Assembly: GCA_004764695.1 (NCBI GenBank)
Contig: SMSO01000031.1
Location: 3,014,436 to 3,078,435 of the forward strand
Origin: Schizochytrium sp. TIO01
Lineage: Eukaryota; Protista; Bigyra: Labyrinthulomycetes
DNA: 64,000 bases
Reading direction: 5' to 3'
Positions 1 to 11,300 of this stretch are shown here, piece by piece. The translations under genes were made by a program, and so were the position numbers. Below the pieces are notes generated by a model. That model was not told the DNA's origin. It did not search any database and saw only the letters and a list, made by a program, of their open reading frames with translations. How positions within the stretch are numbered: position 1 is the stretch's first letter; every line of letters begins with the position of its first letter.

Positions 1-1008
1 ACTCTACCTATGAATAGCAAGCACTGAACCTCTCAGGCAAATGAAATAAAACATGATTTTTGGTCAAACGTCAAAAGGAATAATGGCAAACGATGCTGCT
101 CGCTAGAGGGACCAGCGCAGCTGATAAGCGGTGGGCGGCCTCAGATGTAGACGTCGTAGTGAGAAATGGGGCGCTCGAGCTCTTGAATTGGCGCTGCCCA
201 ATAAGCTCAGCGGTTACAGGCGAAGAGGGCTCTCACCACACCACGGCTGCTGATGCTTTATCGTCTTCAAGTTCATTTTCTATAGGCGCATCATTTGTTT
301 ATTTTTATTTTTATTTTTATTTTATTTTTCATTCATTCTCTGAAAGTATTCATAGAAATTATAAATAAATCAATAAATAACAAAAGTCGATTTGTTCTGT
401 TGACGATTCACGAACTTCCATGCAAACAGGAACTCACTCTTTCAGAGTATCATCATACCATGCGCTGCATAGGCATGTAATTCTATCTTGGCGACGCCGA
501 GCACTGCCCACGCCCATTCCGGCCAGCTTGAGAGTTGCCTGTAAGCTCAGGTCCTTTCAATCAATGGCAGGCACCTGCGGAAGCTTTGGGGACTATTGGA
601 TGTTTGCACGTGTTTGTTTTAAGTATGTCCTTGCATGTTAAAATTTATTTAGATGGAGTAAAATGCATTTTAGTGTGATTCCTGTTTTGGTTGTCTTTTT
701 CTTTTTTCTTTTAAATTTAGTTAAGAACTCGAGTATTGATTAGAGTCCAGGTAGATACCTCCTAGGCAGCAGGTAGATAGCTACCTACTAGAAATGCTGC
801 TCCTCTGTATTTATTTTGTTGTCTTTTGCATTCCGAGTTAATCGATAATTGATCCACCGTGCACGCCTGTTGAGAGTGAGAGTGACGGATTCCCTTCTTA
901 TCAGAAGCTCCTCCGACTCCGTTTCTGCTGCTTGTTGCCCCCCTGGCCGCTCGATTTGTTTCCCTGCTAGGGTTTCTTTCCCCTGGTGGTGTGTTTTGGG
1001 CAGCAGAC

Positions 1009-4000
1009 ATGAATCGGCCGGTGCTGCACAAGTCTGGCAGCGAGCCAGTAGCAGATGCGGACAAGAACGTGAACGCAAGCCTCCTGGAGTTCTACGCACG
1101 ACTACAGAAGAAGAGAGACGAGCGGAAGGCTCACGAGGCTCGCGACAGCAAGTTCTTTTTAGACAGTGACGACGATCAGCAGTACAGATCCTCCAACTAC
1201 AATCACAATTACGATTACAATCGCAACAACGAGGACAATAGCGGAAACGCAACATTTGCGACGACTTCGAGCTTAAGGCATCAGCGGGGAGCAGGGCAAG
1301 ATACATCCAGCTCAGAGTCTCCTTCTTCAGGAGGTCATAGAAACAAAGAAACGGTTGACAGCGACAAAAACACTGACGACGGCGACTATTACACAGAAGA
1401 CGACGAGGCAGGGCAATCTGGGACTAAACAAAACAATACAATGAGTACCTCGGGAGAAGATGAAGCGGCCAACAACTCAGAACAAAATACCAATAAGTTC
1501 CGAGACAAGGTTCGCAAGCTCAGAGCTATGTCTTCAACTTCAGAAGATGAAGATCTCCCAGGTTCAAGGCCATCTCAGGTATTAAGGTGGATTTCCACGG
1601 TCGAACAGCTACAGGCTAAACGAGGCGCAGTTCCACTACCAGCGCCGCATGTTCACCATGCAAATAATAGCAAGGGCAAGAAATCTGGTAGTGGAGGCAA
1701 TCAAGGAGCACAGCGAAAGGGCTCCTTTATGCCACTACCTAAATCCAGTGCCAGCAGCGGCGGCAGTTCGGGGAATAAAAGCGAAGCCTCTGGTAAACCT
1801 GCACAACGGCATTCGTTTGTGGCCTCCTCCGCGTCACCAGCCGCACCATCATCGTCACGTGCTTCACAAAGACCTAAGCTACGTAAGCAACTCAATCCCA
1901 TGGGTAGCAGCAACAGCAGCAGCAAACTTTTAAGCAGTGATGGCAAAATGCATGACAGTAAGTCAGATATGGGCGACGAAAGCAAAGCAGACCAAAGCAC
2001 AGAGAATGCTGCCGCTCAGGAAAAGAGAAATCGAGAAAAGGCAACTGAAGAACTTAATAACCCTGATGATCTTCTTGAAACCGTTCCTGCGGCACCTGTG
2101 GAGGAACCTGAGGACCAAAGACGCCGCGAGGAGCATCATGTGGAGCCACAAGATCAGATTATCCGGTCCTATTCAACAACCTATGCACGAAAGTACCCCG
2201 AGTTCCAAAGCGACATTGACATACTAGCTGAAGCTGCACCAAAGCATTCAAAATCAGACGCTATATCCCCCGGGATGTCTGAAGAATCTCCTTCTGAGAC
2301 TTGGCTCGAGGGTACACTCCACCCACCCACTGACTATGATTCAGATGATCTTGAATTAGGATCTCGCGCCGATACCTATAGCAAAATCACTGAGACTTCG
2401 GAACAGCGTCAACAATTTACAAAAAACGTTCGAGAGAGATTTGATGGAGTCGCAGGCCATGTTATCTTCCCAAACAGCAGATGGATTCTTTACTGGGATC
2501 TTATTATTTTGTTTCTTATCATGTTCTGTGCAGTTTATGTACCTTTTCAAATTGGAATTACTGATGGACAGCTTGTTTATCAAGCTGGATACGCCTTTCT
2601 GGTCTTTACCTTCATCAACATCATCTTCATTTTTGACACAGCCATTAATTTTTACCGTGTCTATTTTGACAACAGAGGTCGCCCTGTAATTAATGGTAAT
2701 CGCATCAAAATGCATTATTTGAAGGGATGGTTCATCATTGACCTGTTGGCCTGTCTACCTGTTGACATCATCTATCGTTTCATCAATACCAACATTGGCG
2801 GTGGAATCAATGTCATGGCATTCGTTAACATGTTGCGTGTCTTCCGTTTGCTAAGAGCATACCGGATCGTCCAAACCAACGCTCGCCTACTCCGAATGCG
2901 CCTTCGCTCCCAACAACCTTTACTTCAGCTCGCTTTTGTCATGGGCGTCTTTCTCATGTTTGCCCACTGGGGTGGATGTATGTATTCTTTCGTCGCACTT
3001 GTTGAAGCAGGGAGCTTCAAAGAAAAAGATCTCATGGACCCTGACAAGCAAAACTGGCTTCAAGCCAATTCTGATAGCGGCGTGTATGTTGTAGGCAACA
3101 GCATGCACGCTGCTATGGGCCGTTACACCCTAAGTCTATGTAAGTTTACAAGCCACAACAACCCAAACTGAACTAGGTTTTAAGAAAATAGTGAATGCAA
3201 GATTGCAAGGATTCCAGAATTTGACTGGAGTTTACTGCTGCTCTGCATCGCTGAATAAACTAAAGCAAAGCAAAGCAAAGCAAAACAAACAAACAAAATA
3301 AAAAGGAAGACTAACTCGTCATTTCTGACACCTCGCGTATCATCTTTCCAACATTGTAGACTGGGCAATCACAACTATTACTTCTGTTGGCTATGGTGAC
3401 ATTACCCCAACAACCATGGCAGAACACTGGTATACAACATGCTTCATGCTTCTCGCTGGACTGATGTGGGCTTACTTTCTTGGTGTTGTAATTTCTGTAC
3501 TAGAGGAATTACAAGAAAACAAGAAAGCTTTTCACTCCCGCATTGCAGATGTTAACCGGCTTGCAAAGTACTTTCAAAATGTTTATGAAGATGAAACACA
3601 ACTTCCATTCGAAGATCCTACGCTTGCGGCAGATGCTCGCTCGTTTCTTCATAAACAATATATTGCATCTGGTGGACGCAGTGATGGCACCAAGTTAACA
3701 GATCTAGCTCCTGTGCTGGACCAAATGCCTCCTCGACTTCGTAACCGCATTTGTTTGGCACTTGTGCGCAAAGACCTCCTTTCCGTACCTTACTTTCGAC
3801 ACTTTGCTATCGATCTCCATACAATTGGAGGTGTTGCTGCATTGTGCGAAATTCACCAATTTGATACTGGGGAGATCATGTATATTGAGAGAGCAACAAA
3901 TTCATCTAAGCGCGGTGTCTATATCGTGCGCGAGGGAGTACTTGCGTTTTGCGAAGCAAACTCAATTCGCACGCGCAGCATGCGTATTCTTGCAGGAGGT

Positions 4001-4420
4001 GGTACTGTTATGGAAGACTATGTACTGTTTCCGCACGATTCTCCAGAAATTCCACCCATTGTGACGATCGCTTTTTGGACCTTTACAGAAGTACTTTTCG
4101 TTCCCCGGAAAGCAATTCGTGCAATGTTTCGCTTGCATCCCGACGTCTGGGAGTCAATGGGCCGTTGGAGAATCATGTATGTTCGGCTGCAACGTTGGGC
4201 GAGGTCTATCCTCGGTATGCAAAAGGAGGAGCAAGACCAAAATGTTCAGCGTATCATGAATACGTTTTCGAGCGACGAGTTCAACAAACATGCTGAAGAC
4301 AACAGCCGTATTATTCTGGCTTTAGCTCGTCCTGATACAAACCCACAGGAAGAAGAAACTGATGATGCATCTTCGTCCACACAACAAACCTCGCATGCTT
4401 CTCAGCCTTCCAAACCTTAA
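1009..4420 (+). CDS. Voltage-gated K+ channel of the CNBD superfamily (EAG/KCNH/plant Shaker-like); exons 1009-3139 and 3360-4420
   Basis: S1 'WDLIILFLIMFCAVYVPFQIG', S3 'YLKGWFIIDLLACLP', S4 'MLRVFRLLRAYR'. A GTAAGT..TGTAG intron (3140-3359) joins the two ORFs in frame and restores 'SLYWAITTITSVGYGDITP' (K+ filter). C-linker/CNBD-like region follows. First ATG at 1009. Confidence 0.9.
3140..3359 (+). other. Spliceosomal intron (220 nt)
   Basis: GTAAGT donor, GACTAAC branch-like motif near 3309-3315, TGTAG acceptor; removal restores the frame and the pore motif. Confidence 0.9.
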
Positions 4421-4678
4421 TTTATATAATCTATTTGGTATATTTACCCTATACATATGTTCTCAGAACTTCATAGTGTGTTTCTCCCTTGTTCACATGA
4501 AATGCAAAAAATGTCATTGTCCAGTCGTAAATTTAAGGCTGGATTCAATGCTCCCAACTTCGGTTTTAAACACGATCCATACAGCGGGAATTAAAAAACT
4601 TCTTCATGAATAGTTAGTTCAGTACAATTATCAAGAGAATATTAGCAAGTGGCTAAACAGTTTGCACGAAAGAGGAAT

Positions 4679-5854
4679 TTATAGAAAGTTGTCATGTGAG
4701 TTGCTAGACTGCAAAAGTTCGCATAGTTCTGCTCGGTCGTTTGGATTCATGCCATTCACGACTGTCAGTGCAGTTGAAAGAGAAGGTGCTTCATCCATTT
4801 CTAGAACCAAGTCTGTTACTATATGTTGTTGATCTTCAACACCAAGGGACGCGAAAGCGTCATGGATGTTCACCATGGCATCTCCTGCGTCAATGTTCCC
4901 ATCTTGAATCCCGATTCCGGTAATCTGTGAAGATGTTCCTACAGATCCTCTTTTCGAGCCAGCAACTCGTGTTGCGCTCCGTGCCTCTTGCTGCATTTGT
5001 GTGAGCTGGGCACGTAAAGACTTCACTTCACGCAGCAGTGTCTTACAACGGTCAAAGTATGTCTGGTAGCCATCCATGTCCAAAACGTCAGCACCAGTAA
5101 CTGGATGAAGCTGTAAATCTTCTTTTGCAACATCACAAAAAACACTTCTCATCATCTCATCGACTAGCTCTGCCATGAGCTCGCGCTGTTCACCAGGTAG
5201 CGAGTCGACAAGCTTTTCCATGCAAGTCAACGCCATAGCAGTTCTGAGCCGTACCGGTTCTCCATTCCATGCCCCTGCAAGGACCTTAGCTTGATCGAAT
5301 TTGAGCCTACACAGTAAGGCAACAGAAGTAAATTTAGTCAAATCCGCTTCGAAGCCCCGATACCAATCTGAATAAGCTACTCTAGTGGACTTGTGACGAT
5401 GATTGTTTTGACTTCCATAGATATTTGCATCGGGCTTAGGTTTACGAGTTGTTGAATTGATTGGCCGCTGAAATCGATGTGCTTCATTCTCCTCCACCCT
5501 GGTATCACCAAGGTTGACTTGCTCAAGAGAAATTGCTGATGATACATGGCCAAGGGCGTGGCCAGAATGAGGTTTTATAAATCTGCTCTTGTGCACGCTG
5601 GCACTTGATGGTCTTCGCAATGATGATGAGTCATTCGACACCACAAAATGCCGTGCGCTTTGTGGACGCTGTCGATGGCTAGGGGTTAGACGCTGGTGAT
5701 TTATAAAATTGTCAAATCCGGCTGGATGAGCACCTGGCTGCGTTGGAATATGTCTATAGATTTTTTTCTTCGAAATTGGCGAAGGCGACCCGGTATCTGT
5801 CTGCGGGAGAATTGGTCTTGATCTTCTCCGACTTCGCACATGCTGTACATTCAT
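4679..5854 (-). CDS. Hypothetical protein: disordered basic N-half, helical/coiled-coil C-half
   Basis: Long ORF; first ATG at 5854 (MNVQHVRSRRR); coiled coil 'KTLLREVKSLRAQLTQMQQEA'; no family recognised. Confidence 0.7.
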   Translation of the reverse strand: MNVQHVRSRRRSRPILPQTDTGSPSPISKKKIYRHIPTQPGAHPAGFDNFINHQRLTPSHRQRPQSARHFVVSNDSSSLRRPSSASVHKSRFIKPHSGHALGHVSSAISLEQVNLGDTRVEENEAHRFQRPINSTTRKPKPDANIYGSQNNHRHKSTRVAYSDWYRGFEADLTKFTSVALLCRLKFDQAKVLAGAWNGEPVRLRTAMALTCMEKLVDSLPGEQRELMAELVDEMMRSVFCDVAKEDLQLHPVTGADVLDMDGYQTYFDRCKTLLREVKSLRAQLTQMQQEARSATRVAGSKRGSVGTSSQITGIGIQDGNIDAGDAMVNIHDAFASLGVEDQQHIVTDLVLEMDEAPSLSTALTVVNGMNPNDRAELCELLQSSNSHDNFL

Positions 5855-6872
5855 TGTTTTAAAAAATACTGAAACTATGTGGTTCAAGTGATGCTCTCCT
5901 CTGTATCTCTGCAGTTGACCCTGACAACTGGTTGGAACCAAGTCACGCCGAAGCCGGGCGGTCAATTCTGCCTGCAATTCCTCACAATCCAAACCAAGGC
6001 CTTGTTTGTCAGCAACAAGACCGAGTCGCTTCAAGGTTCTTGACAAAAAGGCTAGCGATCATTTCTACTCAATGCACACCTCGTTCTTTTGTTATAAGTT
6101 AATGTGATTATATTCACAGATACTTTAGTACACGATACGTGGCGACTATTATCATTTTAAAAAGCAAATGTGGTGCAAGGTATATATGTAGAAAGGGATA
6201 GGCGTATAGGCGTATACTCTGATGACAGTCAGTGTCTCCCAGTAAATTTGACATATGAGCTTCTTTTTTGTTCTACTTAAATAGCACTAGCCAACGCTAC
6301 TTTGTTAAAATACAGACGCCATCTTAAGCATTCATTTCACAATAAAGAGAGCCGTTCGCAGTTTGTTAATAAACCTGTTCTGTTAATGTTTTCTAAATGT
6401 TTTTAATTATTACAAATATTATAAAACAACAAAATATTACATTGGAAGCCAGAAACCGGTACCAAGAGTATGGTCCTTGATGCCGTTGCAGAGAGGAGCA
6501 CAGAGCACTTCAGGAACTGAGAGAAATAAGTGAAGGTGCCGTCTTGTTTTCCGCCCTTAGTGATGTTGATGGATGAGTTGTAGCTTGGGTAAGACTACTT
6601 TCGCTGAAGTGCATATTGACGAGAACGCCACTTGCAAGCAAGGTGGCAGAAAAACTCAACGCGGCTTGTCTTCGAAAGGCAGGCAAGTGATTCTGCTCCT
6701 GCAGGCTGGACGCACGCGACGTGTTGCGTGTTGTGCAAAACTTCTATCGGAATCTGTGATTGTGCATAATCATTTGTCAAGGTTTTAAAGGAAGTAGAAG
6801 AATACTTGAACACAGACTCGCGGGCGTCGAGGTTGTCTTGGTGACACCAAAGAACGTGGAACACGAAGCAAG

Positions 6873-7760
6873 ATGAGTAGCCCTACTGGAAATGCGCACA
6901 GCAGCTTGGTGCGCTACAACAACCCTGTATTGGTAAGCACAACCAAGGACAAAGGTAGCGAGCGCAAGACTGCTGGTAAGAAGCTGCCGCCTGTGGAAAT
7001 CGGCGGCAAGGAGCTTACTCAGACAGAAGACATCCTCAACTCTATTCTACCTCCCAAGTAAGTTTCTGAAGTTGCATACTAATAACCCAGTCGATATGTC
7101 TTGCGAACAATGCAGGCATTTAAAGAAAGGAGACATCCTCTGACAAAACCCTTTTGACGCATTTTCATGCTTTTTGCTTTGTTTATTCAACTTTAATTGT
7201 GACACAGGGAGTGGACGAAAAATGGCCAGCTCTGGGTTCAATATGTATCTAGTACTCCGGCCACCCGACTTGATGTGGTAAACTTGCAAGAACAGCTTGA
7301 TCAGAAACTGCAGCAGCGCCAGGCCCGTGAGACAGGTATTTGCCCAATCCGAGAAGAACTATATGCACAGTGCTTTGATGAGCTTATTCGTCAGGTGACT
7401 ATCAACTGCGCAGAGCGCGGCCTGCTCTTGTTGAGGGTCAGAGACGAAATTAGAATGACCATTGCAGCGTATCAGACTTTGTACGAGTCTAGCATTGCTT
7501 TTGGTATGCGTAAGGCGTTGATGGCGGAACAGCGTAAGGCAGAACTTGAGGCACGAATTAAGCAATTGCGATCTGAGAAGAAGGATCTTGATCAGCAAGT
7601 GGATGAACTCAAACATAAGTGTGACGAGATCGAGCAAAATTCTCAGGCTCGTAAGGAAGAGGAGGAGGCAAAGCATCGTGAAGAGGTAGATTTTCTCAAG
7701 GAAACAAATGAGCAGCTTAAGAAGAACCTAGAGAGTTTGCTCTCTGCACCGAAGAAGTAA
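6873..7760 (+). CDS. DNALI1: Axonemal inner-arm dynein light chain p28; exons 6873-7057 and 7208-7760
   Basis: 'TEDILNSILPP[K]EW..NGQLWVQYVSSTPATRLDV', 'RQARETGICPIREELYAQCFDELIRQVTINCAERGLLLLRVRDE'; GTAAGT..CAG intron 7058-7207 keeps the frame. Confidence 0.97.
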
Positions 7761-8306
7761 ACCATTCCGTCTCAAAACAGGCTCACTATCAGTGAAACAG
7801 ATTTGCATAAACGTGTGTTCATTGTCATCTCGTAATAATACTATCATCTAAGCTCTTTTCTTTCTTCTTTTCTACGTTTTAGAATTCAGACAAGTTGTGG
7901 TTGTTGACATTTGTTATGGTTTCAAGAGACTCCCCGTTTGCAAAGTTTAAAAATGAAATTTTAAATTTAGATATTATTTGCGTTCACAGGTCCATGTGGG
8001 TAAAAATGAAAAGGATTGGAAAGTAGAGCTAACGGGGAAACTGGGAAGTCAAGCATCTGCAGACTGTTCGTTCCAGAGCTGTCTGTATTCTCGATATTGT
8101 CATCGGCTCAAAATTCTGTGGGAAGCCCTGAGAAGAGACGGTAGTTGCCTGGCCCTTGCAACAAGACCGCCAGCTTTTGAAGCATATGCTTGAATGGCAA
8201 AACTCAATGAGGAACCGCATAGGCTTGCAACAAGAGCACTTGCATCGGAGGTTGGAGGGTTGAGCAAAATGGAGGTGAATAATAGAGACTCATAAACAGA
8301 GAGTGT

Positions 8307-11300
8307 TTAGTCGGTGTCCAGTTCCATCTGAGATATATTGTTTGAGCCGCTGGTGTCAGCATTCGCTGCAGCAGAAGAAGCAGACTCTCCACTATTCTTG
8401 TTGTTGTTAACAGCACCAGTATCAAGAGATGTCGGCGAGGAAGCAAGACTGTAAGAAGAGGAGGACGACGAGCTGCTTGCAAGTGCACCACCACTTGGAG
8501 GCTGGAAAGCAGGATCATTCAAATCCATGTAAGAAGAGGCCCTACGAGCAAGCCCTGGCACAGCAGCGCTATCAACCAAATGAAGGCCGGCGAGGAACTC
8601 ACGGTAGTCAATCATACCATCGCCATTTCGATCCAGCGAACGCCGCAACTCTTCGATGCCCGTCTTGGAAAGAGGTTTGTCAAGGAGCTCATTAATAGTC
8701 TCCATACCAGACTGAAACTCCTCCACAGAAATAGTGCCATTTCCATCAACATCAAACATACGAAAGGCTGATTTGAGATGGATTCTGTTCTGATACAACG
8801 CGTTTGCAATTTGCTGCACAACACCTTGCTGCCATGATTTGGCAGAGGAAGAGCGGTCACGTACATGGAAGGCATCGACAAACTCAATCGCTGACAAACG
8901 ACCCGAGTCGTTTGTATCAATCGCTTTGAACAGCTTGTCTGCATCTTCACGAGAGAGATTCAGCTCAAGCCAAGAGTTCACGCGCGCGGCCCAATCGTCC
9001 AGACTAATATAGCCGCGGTCTTGATCGTCAAACTTCTTGAATGCATCTCGAATTGAGTCAGTGCGCTTGAAGATTTCTTTGCCAATCTTCTTGAGGTGAG
9101 TTTTGGTCCATTCATCCATGGCAGCCCAGTCAAGTTTCATCTTGTTCGCCTTGCGTGGAGAGCTAGGTTGGTTCGGAAAGGCAGCTTCGGTGATCTTCTC
9201 AATCTCACACATGCTCGGCGTGCGAGCCATGCGAAAGTCCGAGGGCGAATTCTTCATGGCGCTGTCCCCATCGGCGTCTCTACCCTTGGCAGCATTTTCG
9301 GCGGCCTCATCCTCTTCGCCGAGGGCATTAAAGGTAACCTCAAACCTGTTGGAAAACTCATTAAAGTCAATTGCACCAGAGTCATCCTTGTCAACGATGC
9401 GCATGAGCTCAAAAATTTCTTGATCAGACATGCCGAGTTCGAGAGAGCGCAAGGTCTTTACAAACTCATCGAAACTCACACGACCATCATTGTTGATGTC
9501 GAACTTGCGGTATGCGCGCTCCAAATCGGCGCCCACGATACTGTACAGCTTTTCACAAATGCGACGTACGATAGCGTCTTGCCAACTGGAGTCTTCCTGT
9601 CGCACCCCAATCTGCCAGCGGGAAAGAAACTTGGTGTAATTAATACTCTTACCATCGGCCTCAAGCTCGGCAAGCTGATTCTGATAGTGCAAGAAGGGTA
9701 CCTCAAGATTTAAGACAGATTGAAGGCCATGCGCCCATTCCACGCGAGACACAATACCAGTGTGATTTCTATCGTTTTGCGTAAAGTACCAGTACAGGTC
9801 AATCCGCTTATCACAAATGTTCTCGATAATCATCTTCACAGCATCGCGCTCCAGCATGGCTTCGCGCTCCTCATCGCTCATGAAGTTACCGTTTTGGATC
9901 GCATGGGCATAAAACTGCTGGATCTCTGGTTGAAGATCAGGTCCAAAGGCAATAAATGCGCCCTTGTTTGTCTGAGTGCCACAATAGCGACTGGCACTAA
10001 AAATGGTGATTAGGCGGCCGTTGTGCAGGACTTCAAATCCCTCAGGTACGCACTCATGGGAGCGCACCACCAATGCGATTTGATTCATTGCACAAAATTT
10101 GTTGGTTACAAGGGGACCAAACTCGCAGCCAGCACCACGGTCGGATGGGCGTTTGTAACGTAGTGGCCGAGGGTATGTAGCGGTAGGTCGAGGGTCAGAC
10201 CACAACAAATCCTCGTAAATTCGGTCCTCAAATGAAGTTCCTTCAAGTGGAGGCTCCCGCTTGCGGTTAATTTCACGGATGTGGTCAAGCTTAACGCCGT
10301 CATTACGGAAGAGACCACCGTGACACACGAATACGCGTGATTGAATGAGAGCACACAGCGGGAGAGAATCAAACATGGCCTGGCACAGCATGTACAGTTT
10401 GAGAGAAGCAAGGCGATCTCCAGGACCGAAGACATTCATTTTATGCCGCATACGAGTGGCACGATCAACCGAGTTCCTGCGAAGCTTCTTCTTCGGGCGG
10501 CGTGTGCTTGAAGATGCGTTGGGGTCAGTTTCATCAGTCTCCATGGCAGGGGCTGCGGCTCCGCCAAAAGCGCCACTGCCGCTAGCTGCGGCGTTGCTGC
10601 TACTGCTGCTCCAGCCTCCTGGCCGAGCAGAACGGGGCAGCTTGCTGGAGGGATCCATCACCACTGCTTCCACATCGTGACCATACTTTGTGAGGAGCTC
10701 CTCTTCAAAGCCCATCCAGGCGTTTTGGGCACGAGCTTCGTGGTTACCACGATTCAAGAACACTGATTTGGGGTAAAGGATTTTAAAGGAAAGCATGGTG
10801 GCGAGGATTTCACAGCCCTTGGGGCCTCGGTCTACAAAATCGCCATTGAAGAGGTACCAGTTCTTCTCATTAGGGACGCCGTTGATTGTGAAAATTGTGA
10901 AGAGATCTTGCAGCTGTCCATGGGTATCGCCGACCACGGTGAGCTTGACTCCCTCCGGAATCTCGATCTCCTGCACAGTCTTCTCCTCGTCAAAAAGCTT
11001 TTTGCCGAAGAGTAGAAGAAGCATGAAGTACTTGAAGTGAAGCACCTTGTCCGTCTTGAAAGCCTCGAGCATTTCCAAGACGTGTTCGAGCCGAAGTGGG
11101 AAGTTTAGCCGGGGACCTGAGTAGGATTTTGGCACGTTAATGGCAAAAAGCATCTCAGGCATGAGCTCATCCACTGCATCCGCAGCTGCCTGCTGGAGCT
11201 CCTCGACGGTGGCACCCATGAATAGGTCATCTACGTCATCCTCCTCAGAGCTCATAGAACTCATACTTTCGTTTTCTTCGCTTGACCCCAGAGAAGTGGA

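Noticed and set aside
140-205. Minus-strand 'WAAPIQELERPISHYDVY' resembling a fibronectin type III strand
   Set aside because: About 20 aa flanked by stops; too short to support
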